Source: a virus | Reading direction: 5' to 3' (one strand) | IMG/VR virus record: IMGVR_UViG_3300045988_173362 | Coordinates: 1 to 31,785 of that record | Length of the DNA: 31,785 nucleotides | In this document: positions 24,315 to 31,710 of the stretch, piece by piece | Numbering within the stretch: position 1 is the stretch's first letter | Layout of the letters: every line of letters starts with the position of its first letter | Notes under the pieces: generated by a model | The model's input: the letters and a program-made list of their open reading frames with translations, nothing else | Databases searched by the model: none | What the model was told of the DNA's origin: nothing | Position numbers and translations under genes: made by a program

Positions 24315-24773
24315 TTAGATTGCCGATAATATCTCGATTATCCTTTGCGCCGTTTTGTCTTTTGTGATAAATTCAAAGCGCACTCCGTAGCGTTCCGACA
24401 TAGTCGCCATTGCCTTTTTAAGCACCGAGCCTTTCACCATTGTGAGTGGCTTTCCGCTCTTGGTTTTCGGCGAATGCCAGTTGTCCAAATCACCCTTTGG
24501 CGGCACTTCTTCGATAAGCACAATCAGTTGAATCCCGCACTTTCTCGCAAGCTCACATTCTGCTCTGAAACGCTCGTGTTGTCCGCCGCATATATTGCCC
24601 GAAATTTCGACGATGTCTTTCTTTGTGTCAATGCTCACGGTTTGGTTGTCTAACCGCGCGTAATCGCCTACAATCAACTTTGAGCGCACGCTCGGTTGGT
24701 TTATCGACTGAAAGTGTTTCTCGATGTTTTTGTGCTTTGTGGTTTGTTGCCGTGTGTCTTCAACGATTATCAT
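24315..24773 (-). CDS. ERCC4/Mus81-like nuclease (putative junction resolvase)
   Basis: 152 aa. The pattern IVEDTRQQ ... VGDYA ... SIDTKKDIVE resembles the remembered GDx(n)ERKx3D layout of ERCC4-type nucleases, in degenerate form. Confidence 0.4.
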   Translation of the reverse strand: MIIVEDTRQQTTKHKNIEKHFQSINQPSVRSKLIVGDYARLDNQTVSIDTKKDIVEISGNICGGQHERFRAECELARKCGIQLIVLIEEVPPKGDLDNWHSPKTKSGKPLTMVKGSVLKKAMATMSERYGVRFEFITKDKTAQRIIEILSAI

Positions 24774-25299
24774 TGCTTTCCTTTTGCCCCCAAAGTGATA
24801 AGAGTTCTTGCAGTTGTTCGGGCGTTCTCGTTTCTATGCCGAGTTGTTGCGCCTCTTGGACAGTTCCCTCGATGAGCCTTGACATCTCTTTCGTGTCGAG
24901 CGTGTGCGTTGGCTTGAATATGTACCAGTCGTTGCACGGCTCTTTCGTGCCTTTGCTCTCACCGATAAGCCTTGAATACTTATAGATGTCGTCGAGATTT
25001 GCGCTTGCCGGGATTCTCGCTATAAACGCGACCGTTCCGTAATCACACACAAGTTGCCGCTTTACGTCGTCAATGCTCTGATAGTCCACTTCGGCAATCT
25101 TGCTGACAAGGACGTGGAAGTATGCGTTTGCGTCAAGCGAGCGTTGTTCCCGATACTGTTTTATCTCAAGGCTCAACGGCTTTGTTCTGTCCTGCGTTTT
25201 GAGTTGCAAGACGGCGTTCTTGTCGTACGTCGTGAACGTCACTTCGTGCGCTCCAAACTCGCCCTGCAATGCTCTTGTAAATGTTGCTTTGATTTTCAT
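24760..25299 (-). CDS. NinB/Orf-like recombination mediator
   Basis: 179 aa. YREQRSLDANAYFHVLVSKIA parallels lambda NinB ERNRSLDQNRKLWACLGDVS. RBS GAGGTGA. The gene is adjacent to the annealase. Confidence 0.5.
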   Translation of the reverse strand: MKIKATFTRALQGEFGAHEVTFTTYDKNAVLQLKTQDRTKPLSLEIKQYREQRSLDANAYFHVLVSKIAEVDYQSIDDVKRQLVCDYGTVAFIARIPASANLDDIYKYSRLIGESKGTKEPCNDWYIFKPTHTLDTKEMSRLIEGTVQEAQQLGIETRTPEQLQELLSLWGQKESNDNR

Positions 25300-25307
25300 C
25301 GTTCACC

Positions 25308-26069
25308 TCAATTCCACGGAACGTCATCATCTCCGAGCGGCATTAAATCTTCCGATGTTCGCCTGTCTTCCAATATCATCTTTGCCGCCTTTACGCTACT
25401 TTCAACCTTTGAATGTTCGATGATGTATTCAAGGTTTTCGTCTTTTAGTGCGCCGTATGCCGTTCCTTTTGCCGTTTTCATCTCGTAGGCTTGCATTAGC
25501 GTCATCTCGTTATTGTTGCCGTAAGATTGCTCGTTTTTCGGCTGACGTTCGTTATTTTGTGTTTGAGAGCCTCGTTTGCCGTATGTAAATATCGGTTGTC
25601 CGTCGCCCAAAATGACGAGTTGCGTTATCTTGCCGTCTTCGTACTCGATTTCGCCGACTTCCATACGCTTGAATGTCGGTACGAGATTGCCCTTTGAGTT
25701 CTTTTCGGTGTTGCCTTTGATGTAAATAAACGGTGCCGTATAGAGTTCTCTGCCGATACCCCAGTTGAAGCACGCACGCTTGAAACTATCAGAAGCCTCG
25801 CCTTTCTCTTTCTCGGTGTTGCTTTCAACGCCGCAATCCCATTTGGTAATCCATTGCTTTTTGCTCTCGTCCCAAATCGACACGCCGCAAAACAGATTGC
25901 CTTTGACTTCCTTATGGTCTCTTTGCCAGTTTTCTTTGCCCACAGTTTCGTCAAGGACGTTTTGGTCGCACCGTGCGTCTTTGTACAAAAGCAGTGAAAA
26001 GCCTTTATCGTTGCAAGTTCCTACGCGGCAATCCAACTCGTCCGCTCTTAAAGTTCTAAATTTGTTCAT
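25308..26069 (-). CDS. Rad52/Sak-like single-strand annealing protein
   Basis: The start was moved to the ATG at 26069 (RBS GGTGAGGAAAG). The motifs ARCDQNVLDETVGKENWQRD and EKGEASDSFKRACFNWGIGRELY are typical of phage Rad52-like annealases. Confidence 0.65.
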   Translation of the reverse strand: MNKFRTLRADELDCRVGTCNDKGFSLLLYKDARCDQNVLDETVGKENWQRDHKEVKGNLFCGVSIWDESKKQWITKWDCGVESNTEKEKGEASDSFKRACFNWGIGRELYTAPFIYIKGNTEKNSKGNLVPTFKRMEVGEIEYEDGKITQLVILGDGQPIFTYGKRGSQTQNNERQPKNEQSYGNNNEMTLMQAYEMKTAKGTAYGALKDENLEYIIEHSKVESSVKAAKMILEDRRTSEDLMPLGDDDVPWN

Positions 26070-26079
26070 TTCTCTTTCC

Positions 26080-26445
26080 TCACCTATCTGCCGAGCCTGT
26101 TCTTTCATCAAGCCTCGACGTTATTTTTCCAACGCCCCACGGTTCGAGTATGCTGTCCGATTCTGCCGTGTAACGATGTACAACTCTTTTTGGCGGTTCT
26201 TTCGGGTGTTTTGCCTGTTCGGCTTCCCTTTCCGCTAACCGCATATCGTCGATTTGTTCTTCACAAAGTTTTTTATTTAACCAGTTTTCGGCTTCTTCCT
26301 TATGCCAAAAATCAGTTGTTATTTGTACCCAATCCATCAAGTGGAAACCGTTTTTCAAAAACGTATACTTTTCGACGACATACACTTTGCGAAGGAACTC
26401 GCCGCGCCAACACAAATCCTTTTCAACAATTCGATATTTGTTCAT
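26080..26445 (-). CDS. Hypothetical protein
   Basis: The start was moved to the ATG at 26445 (RBS AAAGGA, ATGA overlap with the upstream stop). 121 aa. Confidence 0.45.
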   Translation of the reverse strand: MNKYRIVEKDLCWRGEFLRKVYVVEKYTFLKNGFHLMDWVQITTDFWHKEEAENWLNKKLCEEQIDDMRLAEREAEQAKHPKEPPKRVVHRYTAESDSILEPWGVGKITSRLDERTGSADR

Positions 26446-26615
26446 TTTGCAAGTCCTTTCGTGAACGGCGCGAGTGCTTGTGCCATACTCGGATGTAAAT
26501 TGCTTTTTCTTTCTTGCTCTGCGCTCTTTTTGGCGATGACGGTCATCACCTTGCAAGTGTCGCCGTGTTCAAAAATCATCTTTGAAAGTTCGTTCATACA
26601 TTTGTCGATTCTCAT
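26442..26615 (-). CDS. Hypothetical small protein
   Basis: The start was moved to the ATG at 26615 (RBS GAGGCGGTGA, TAATG overlap with the pentapeptide gene stop). 57 aa. Confidence 0.45.
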   Translation of the reverse strand: MRIDKCMNELSKMIFEHGDTCKVMTVIAKKSAEQERKSNLHPSMAQALAPFTKGLAK

Positions 26616-27337
26616 TAGTAATTCACCGCCTCTTGTCTGTTTATAAAAAAGTGAATGCCAGTCGAACACTCGTTCCAACGGTTTTCGTCAAAGTCGTCAA
26701 CTGTGACTATTTCACCCACCTTATAGATGAACTTTGAATCTCTATCGCTTGCAACGCTCGTCTTAACGCTCGGTGTGCCGTCTATGTTTTGAATTGACAA
26801 CACTTTTGCTTTGTCGCACCGACACTTTCTGCCCGTTGCCGATACACGTTTTGCGTCGCTCAATATTTCGAGTTCCACAATCAAGCCTCGTGCTTTTTTG
26901 TAACCTATGAACGAGCCGAAGTCCGGGCAAGCGTAAGGTACAAACGGAATGTTTTTCGCACGCGACAAGTCCGCACACGACAAGTTCGCCCACGACAAGT
27001 CCGCCCACGACAAGTCCGCACGCGACAAGTTCGCACGCGACAAGTTCGCACGCGACAAGTCCGCCCCCGACAAGTCCGCACGCGACAAGTTCGCACGCGA
27101 CAAGTCCGCACGCGACAAGTCCGCACGCGACAAGTCCGCACGCGACAAGTTCGCCCACGACAAGTTCGCACACGACAAGTTCGCCCACGACAAGTCCGCA
27201 CACGACAAGTCCGCACCCGACAAGTCCGCACACGACAAGTCCGCACGCTCTGCGTCTTGTTGGTCGCTATCTTCCAACCAAAGTTTGTGTTTTCTCAAAA
27301 TCTCTTTAAGTTCTTGTTCTGTAAATGTTTTCATCAT
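26615..27337 (-). CDS. Pentapeptide-repeat protein (19 x A[D/N]LS[C/G/W/R]) with a ~114-aa C-terminal globular domain
   Basis: The repeats can be read directly in the translation. The C-terminal domain ([16 protein letters not shown] ... [14 protein letters not shown]) recalls a domain seen on other phage pentapeptide proteins. The ATG at 27334 may be the true start. Confidence 0.85.
   Translation of the reverse strand: MMKTFTEQELKEILRKHKLWLEDSDQQDAERADLSCADLSGADLSCADLSWANLSCANLSWANLSRADLSRADLSRADLSRANLSRADLSGADLSRANLSRANLSRADLSWADLSWANLSCADLSRAKNIPFVPYACPDFGSFIGYKKARGLIVELEILSDAKRVSATGRKCRCDKAKVLSIQNIDGTPSVKTSVASDRDSKFIYKVGEIVTVDDFDENRWNECSTGIHFFINRQEAVNY
26960..27244. repeat. 19 tandem 15-bp units encoding the pentapeptide repeats
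   Basis: The plus-strand unit is CGACAAGT[C/T]CGC[A/C]C[A/C/G]. The Ala, Leu and Ser codons are identical in all copies. Confidence 0.95.
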
Positions 27338-27346
27338 ATCCCTCGC

Positions 27347-27562
27347 TCAAAATCTTGCTATCTTGTAAAATTCGCAGTAGTCCTGCGTGTGCAGTTTCCC
27401 TCGCTGGTCGATACGCGGCTTACCGCCTCGTTTCTCGATAACGTATTTGATGTCGGTGATGATACGACTTGCTTGCGATGCATTGCACCCTTGCAGTTTC
27501 TGAATATCCGCACCCGTCATAACGTCTTTGCTCATAATTTCTTCGCGTTCTGTGTACGTCAT
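27347..27562 (-). CDS. Small DNA-binding protein, excisionase-like (Tn916 Xis-type HTH?)
   Basis: 71 aa with RBS AGGAGTGA. MTGADIQKLQGCNASQASRIITDIK plus a C-terminal beta-like tail resembles Xis-type HTH proteins from memory. Confidence 0.3.
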   Translation of the reverse strand: MTYTEREEIMSKDVMTGADIQKLQGCNASQASRIITDIKYVIEKRGGKPRIDQRGKLHTQDYCEFYKIARF

Positions 27563-27565
27563 TTC

Positions 27566-27760
27566 TCACTCCTGCTCAAAACTTGCAACGAGCTTGCTTA
27601 TCGATACTCCCAACGCTTTGGCAATTCTTCCGAGTTTTGCCGTGTTCGGTCTACACTCGCCGCAACACCACGCCGATACTGCCGATTGTGAAACATCCAC
27701 AGCTCGTGCAAGTTCTTCTTGTGTGATACCTTTGTGTTTTAGAAGTTTCTTAAAAGTCAT
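27566..27760 (-). CDS. XRE-family HTH regulator
   Basis: 64 aa with RBS GAGGAGGGG. GITQEELARAVDVSQSAVSAW is a classical XRE HTH. Confidence 0.75.
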   Translation of the reverse strand: MTFKKLLKHKGITQEELARAVDVSQSAVSAWCCGECRPNTAKLGRIAKALGVSISKLVASFEQE

Positions 27761-27963
27761 AACCCCTCCTCTATTGTCAATTTGTAACCAAGTGCGGCAA
27801 GCACTATGATTGCGTTTTCAAGCGACATTTGTGCGCCGCAATAAACCCATTTTTCGATTGTCGATTGCCTCACGCCGCTGACTTTTGCAAGTTCGCGACA
27901 CGATAGTTTCGACTGCTTCAAAATGCTCAAAAAGTCATCTTTGCAAACAATTTGTTTTTCCAC
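27757..27963 (-). CDS. Cro-like XRE HTH regulator
   Basis: The GTG at 27963 lies 8 nt after AAGGAG (68 aa). The longer GTG start at 28026 has no RBS. The HTH is LSCRELAKVSGVRQSTIEKW. It is the first regulator of the lytic transcript, divergent from the repressor. Confidence 0.65.
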   Translation of the reverse strand: MEKQIVCKDDFLSILKQSKLSCRELAKVSGVRQSTIEKWVYCGAQMSLENAIIVLAALGYKLTIEEGL

Positions 27964-28022
27964 TTGATTTGCTCCTTTGTGTTGAAACCACTCGCAAAAC
28001 AAAGTTTTTCTCGCTGGACTGC

Positions 28023-28124
28023 TCACGAGGGGATAATCCCGTGATTCATAAGAAGTGCTACTACCGAAAGCACAACACCGATAATCGATAAGACGATTGC
28101 TCCAATTTTGAAAAAATCTTCCAT
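28023..28124 (-). CDS. 33-aa hydrophobic peptide, first ORF of the lytic transcript
   Basis: This ORF is below the track cut-off. It reads MEDFFKIGAIVLSIIGVVLSVVALLMNHGIIPS. AAGGAGAGG lies 8 nt upstream of the ATG. It sits directly downstream of the lytic promoter. Confidence 0.5.
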   Translation of the reverse strand: MEDFFKIGAIVLSIIGVVLSVVALLMNHGIIPS

Positions 28125-28146
28125 ATTCACTACCTCTCCTTGATTG

Positions 28147-28163
28147 TACAAGTTTTCCTTGTA
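28147..28163. promoter_or_regulatory. Operator site A (TACAAG-N5-CTTGTA)
   Basis: Inverted repeat with perfect 6-bp arms. It lies just downstream of the lytic -10 box. Confidence 0.6.
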
Positions 28164-28170
28164 TGGATAC

Positions 28171-28199
28171 ATATTATACCGATTTTACCGATATGTCAA
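28171..28199 (-). promoter_or_regulatory. Early-lytic promoter
   Basis: Minus strand reads TTGACA (28199-28194), then TATAAT at 15-nt spacing or TAATAT at 17-nt spacing. Confidence 0.6.
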
Positions 28200-28206
28200 T
28201 ACTTTT

Positions 28207-28223
28207 TACAAATTTAGTTGGTA
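28207..28223. promoter_or_regulatory. Degenerate operator-like site (TACAAA-N5-TTGGTA)
   Basis: It has the same N5 geometry as the other sites and shares its right half-site with site B. It lies just upstream of the lytic -35 box. Confidence 0.35.
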
Positions 28224-28242
28224 TTTTTTTTCGTGTGATAGA

Positions 28243-28290
28243 TTGCAAAAATACAAGTTGCGTTGGTATACTAAAAATACAAGGTATACT
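28243..28290 (+). promoter_or_regulatory. Candidate repressor (maintenance) promoter(s)
   Basis: Two candidates: TTGCAA-18 nt-TATACT (28243-28272) and TTGGTA-16 nt-TATACT (28263-28290). Both overlap operator sites B and C. Confidence 0.35.
28251..28269. promoter_or_regulatory. Operator site B (ATACAAG-N5-TTGGTAT)
   Basis: Imperfect inverted repeat, with its centre 26 bp from the centre of site C. Confidence 0.5.
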
Positions 28291-28295
28291 TGTAT
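28277..28295. promoter_or_regulatory. Operator site C (ATACAAG-N5-CTTGTAT)
   Basis: Inverted repeat with perfect 7-bp arms. It overlaps a TATACT -10-like box 20 nt upstream of the repressor start. Confidence 0.6.
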
Positions 28296-28314
28296 GTTTT
28301 TTAGGAGAGAGCAA

Positions 28315-28953
28315 ATGAATAGAATAAAAGAATTACGAAAGGCAAAAAAGCTGACACAAACTCAACTTGCCCGATTATTTAATATCTCGCAACAAACACT
28401 TTCGGGATGGGAAAACGGGTTGTTTGAACCTGACCAAAAAACGATTTTTAAGATTGCCGATTATTTCGGCGTATCCGTTGACTATCTTCTCGGGCGTGAC
28501 GCGAGCGCACACTCGTGTACAATAGACAACGCGTATGTGCCTGACGCTATCGTTCCGTTCCGAGTGATTGGCACAATCAAGGCTGGGTATGACGGCGCGG
28601 TCGAAGAATTAAGCACAGGCGACCTTATCTCCATACCGCTTGAAATGCTTTGCGGTCGTCCTGCAAGCGATTATTTCGTGCTTCAAGTGCGGGGCAACTC
28701 TATGTATCCCAAAATACTTGACGGTGACCGCGTGCTTGTTCTACGCACCGACAGCGTAGACAGCGGAACGACGGCGATTGTTCTGTACAACGGCGACGAA
28801 GCAACGATAAAAAAGGTTGTGTATTCCGTCGGCGAAAACTGGGTTGACCTTGTTCCAAACAACCCAGAATATGACACGAAGCGAATCTTTGCCAACGAAT
28901 TTGACCAGTTCCGCATACTCGGCAAGGCAGTAAAACTGATACGAGATATTTGA
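28315..28953 (+). CDS. LexA/cI-type phage repressor (XRE HTH + S24 peptidase domain)
   Basis: The start was moved to the ATG at 28315 (RBS AGGAGAG). The HTH is LTQTQLARLFNISQQTLSGWENG. The S24 signatures are GNSMYP (Ser) and ATIKKV (Lys). Confidence 0.9.
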   Translation: MNRIKELRKAKKLTQTQLARLFNISQQTLSGWENGLFEPDQKTIFKIADYFGVSVDYLLGRDASAHSCTIDNAYVPDAIVPFRVIGTIKAGYDGAVEELSTGDLISIPLEMLCGRPASDYFVLQVRGNSMYPKILDGDRVLVLRTDSVDSGTTAIVLYNGDEATIKKVVYSVGENWVDLVPNNPEYDTKRIFANEFDQFRILGKAVKLIRDI

Positions 28954-29008
28954 TTTTGTATAAGGTATATTATTTTTAGATATTATCTTATTTTTTTGGA
29001 GGATTACT

Positions 29009-30532
29009 ATGGGAAAATGCACTATTTGTGGAAAGAAAGGATTATTTGTCAAAGTAAACGATAAAGGCGTTTGCAAAGACTGTGAGGCTGTTGCAAAAAG
29101 AAAGGCTACATTGGATTCGATTGAAAAGCGTTTGGCTGATAAAGAGGCTTTAATGCGTCAAGTTCAAGCCGAGGCTCTTGATAAAATTGACCGCCAAATT
29201 GATGATAAGAACAAAAAGCTCACAAGAATTAACACCGAAATTATTAACAAGACCGAAGAATTGTCAAATACTAACGATTCTTTGCAAAAGGCAATAAAGG
29301 ACTGGGAAACCGCCAGTAAAAAAGTCGCAAAAATTAAACCTTTGTATAAGAGTTTTATGAATCAGTTTGAATCCGAGGACTTTTATTACAAAGTTTGTAC
29401 AAACCCCGAAAGTGCTCGAAGAGAATTTGCGAGCAAGTTTTCTATCATAGAGGACGATGCTCTATATTCCCCGTCCGTCATATTGCATACACACAGTATG
29501 GATATGAAAGATCTGAGAAAAAAACTTAAAGACAACCGAGCAGCAATTGACGCCGTTACGCAAAAATATCTTGCGAAATACACCACAAAAGCAAATAAAG
29601 CCATTTACATTTTGATGACTATGGCATTAGAGGCGGAACTTCAAAACATTATTTTCTCAATGAACGGGAACAAACTTGACGTGTCCTTAAAATCCGTTGA
29701 CAATGTAATTCAAAAGTATTTGAAAATCGCCTCGGACGGAAACCAAACGATTGTAAACACCCTTGTTCACTTCATCGGCGAAATTGAAACGCTATATAAA
29801 AATGTCGTACAAATCGAATTTGAGTATTACACAATCCGTGAACGTGTCAAAGAAGAACAACGAGCATTGCGTGAACAAATGCGTCAAGAAGCGGAAGAAC
29901 GTAAATTGCTTGAACAACAACGTAAAAAGGTTGAGGAAGAAGAACGCAAGTATCGCAATGAAATCCTTAATCTTCAAGAGCAGCTGCAAGATGCAGACGA
30001 AGAAAAGCAGACTCAAATCAACGACCGCATCAACGAAATCAATTCACAACTTGAACAAGTTGAGAGCAAGAAAGAAGATATTATCAATCTTCAAAATGGT
30101 AAAGCAGGATATGTATATATAATCAGCAATCTTGGCTCTTTTGGTGATAATGTTTTCAAAATCGGTATGACGAGAAGATTGAATCCCCAAGAACGCGTAG
30201 ATGAACTTGGAAGTGCATCTGTTCCTTTCCCGTTTGATATTCACGGTATGATATTCTCTGATGATGCTGTGTCATTAGAAAACAAGATGCATAAGATACT
30301 AACAAATCAACGCGTAAACAAAGTAAATTTCAGAAAAGAATTCTTTGCCATATCGATAGACGAACTGCAAAATCTCGTTCAAGAACTCGCACCAACAGCC
30401 GAGTTTAAGACGACTATGCTTGCTGAACAGTATAGGCAATCTCTGTCTATCGGAAATGGCGAAATGAGTAGTTTGAGCGATGAAATTAACCTTGATGAAG
30501 TAGCATCTGACACAGAAGATATTGACGATTAA
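29009..30532 (+). CDS. Zinc-ribbon / coiled-coil / DUF4041-like / T5orf172 (GIY-YIG-superfamily) protein
   Basis: 507 aa with RBS GGAGG. The N-terminus carries CxxC-x14-CxxC. A long heptad-rich middle follows. The C-terminus GYVYIISNLGSFGDNVFKIGMTRRLNPQERVDELGSASVPFPFDIH matches the remembered T5orf172/MUG113 signature. Confidence 0.75.
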   Translation: MGKCTICGKKGLFVKVNDKGVCKDCEAVAKRKATLDSIEKRLADKEALMRQVQAEALDKIDRQIDDKNKKLTRINTEIINKTEELSNTNDSLQKAIKDWETASKKVAKIKPLYKSFMNQFESEDFYYKVCTNPESARREFASKFSIIEDDALYSPSVILHTHSMDMKDLRKKLKDNRAAIDAVTQKYLAKYTTKANKAIYILMTMALEAELQNIIFSMNGNKLDVSLKSVDNVIQKYLKIASDGNQTIVNTLVHFIGEIETLYKNVVQIEFEYYTIRERVKEEQRALREQMRQEAEERKLLEQQRKKVEEEERKYRNEILNLQEQLQDADEEKQTQINDRINEINSQLEQVESKKEDIINLQNGKAGYVYIISNLGSFGDNVFKIGMTRRLNPQERVDELGSASVPFPFDIHGMIFSDDAVSLENKMHKILTNQRVNKVNFRKEFFAISIDELQNLVQELAPTAEFKTTMLAEQYRQSLSIGNGEMSSLSDEINLDEVASDTEDIDD

Positions 30533-30535
30533 ACT

Positions 30536-31645
30536 ATGCCAAACACATTTAAGTACAACATTCAAGAACGCGAAACCAAGAAGAACGGAACGCTTTACGA
30601 CCTCTATTTTTATATACAAACTCCCGACGGTCGCAAACAAAAACTTCTGCGCGGCTTCAAGACAAAGAAACTCGCCAAACAGGCTTATGAGCAATTTATG
30701 GAAAAACACCTTGTTGCTCCCCAAAAATACGACGGAAAAAACATCGTCCGATATGAGCTTGCCAGACGTGAATATCTCGGATTCGCTCGAAACACCGTAA
30801 AAGAGAGTTCGCTGTATGATTTTATCCACACTGCCAAAAAGCATTATGACGATTTCTTTGCCGGACGAGATATGCAAACCGTCACAAAACAAGACATAAT
30901 CGAATGGCAAGACCAGCTTTGGGCAAAAACCTACCGCGGAAAACTCTACACGCAAAAAACATTGAAAAAAATATATGGGCAGTTTTCCGTCTTTTATTCG
31001 TGGTGCGTTGAACACTACGGCTTTGACAACGCGCTGAAAGGCGTAAAAATGCCGAAACGAAAGGATAATAAAGAACCTCGCCAAATATGGACGGAAGCCG
31101 AATTTGAGCGTTTCATAGCCTCAGTTGACGATTTGCGATACCGCGCAATCTTCACCGCTCTTTTTTATTGCGGTTGCCGCGTCGGCGAACTGCAAGCTCT
31201 GCGCTCAACCGACTACGACGGACAACAGTTTTACATACACGGAACCCTCACGCGAAAAACGATGGACGGCTCGCCATATCGTATTACGGAAACCAAAAAC
31301 TATAAGTCACGCTTTGTTCCGCTTCCCGACAAGGCAAAAAGAGTCATCGACTTGTGGATTGCTCAAAAAACACAAACCGCAATCCCGTCAACCTATCTGT
31401 TCGGCGGTTCTGCCCCCATATCCCTAAACGCCATACAAAACGCTATGACGCGCGGCATTGAAAAGTCTGCCGTAAAAAAAATACGGATACACGACTTGCG
31501 CCACTCATATGTTTCATTGTTGATGTCAAAAGGAGCGAACTTTGGAGTTATTGCCGCCCTCATCGGCGACACTCTCGAACAAGTGGTAAAAACATACGCA
31601 CATCACACAGAGGAAGATAAGACAAACATAATCTCTCTTTTATGA
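30536..31645 (+). CDS. int: Tyrosine integrase
   Basis: 369 aa. The N-terminal arm-binding-type domain is LYDLYFYIQTPDGRKQKLLRGFKTKKLAKQAY. The catalytic region is RIHDLRHSYVSLL ... VVKTYAHH. The gene is adjacent to the att repeat. Confidence 0.92.
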   Translation: MPNTFKYNIQERETKKNGTLYDLYFYIQTPDGRKQKLLRGFKTKKLAKQAYEQFMEKHLVAPQKYDGKNIVRYELARREYLGFARNTVKESSLYDFIHTAKKHYDDFFAGRDMQTVTKQDIIEWQDQLWAKTYRGKLYTQKTLKKIYGQFSVFYSWCVEHYGFDNALKGVKMPKRKDNKEPRQIWTEAEFERFIASVDDLRYRAIFTALFYCGCRVGELQALRSTDYDGQQFYIHGTLTRKTMDGSPYRITETKNYKSRFVPLPDKAKRVIDLWIAQKTQTAIPSTYLFGGSAPISLNAIQNAMTRGIEKSAVKKIRIHDLRHSYVSLLMSKGANFGVIAALIGDTLEQVVKTYAHHTEEDKTNIISLL

Positions 31646-31680
31646 TTTTTTGATAATATTTGTGATAATAAAACAAGCGA

Positions 31681-31710
31681 AATTCCACGCAATTCCACGC
31701 AATTCCACGC
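31681..31710. repeat. Three perfect tandem 10-bp repeats (AATTCCACGC), candidate integrase arm-type sites
   Basis: Read directly from the sequence. The repeats lie 36 nt after the int stop and 20 nt before the att core. Confidence 0.8.

Noticed and set aside
26960-27244. Possible CRISPR array (regular short repeats).
   Set aside because: The period is only 15 bp, there are no unique spacers, and the repeats lie fully inside a coherent pentapeptide-repeat ORF.
26763-27368. Three extra long ORFs (156 aa and 113 aa on the minus strand, 139 aa on the plus strand) overlap the pentapeptide gene.
   Set aside because: They are artefacts of the 15-bp tandem repeat, which keeps every frame open. They translate to low-complexity strings (RTCRV..., DKSAH...), have no RBS and do not fit the coupled operon structure.
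28026-28144. Long N-terminal extensions of the Cro-like ORF (start at 28026) and of the repressor ORF (start at 28144).
   Set aside because: The extensions lack RBSs and run through the promoter/operator region. Internal starts at 27963 (AAGGAG) and 28315 (AGGAGAG) give proteins of canonical size with the HTH at the N-terminus.
30299-31084. A 261-aa minus-strand ORF spanning the T5orf172/integrase junction.
   Set aside because: It is antisense to two genes with clear family motifs, has no RBS and translates to a Phe/Leu-rich shadow sequence.
31681-31710. Possible mini-CRISPR or microsatellite.
   Set aside because: There are only three abutting 10-bp units without spacers. Their position between int and the att core fits recombinase arm sites better.
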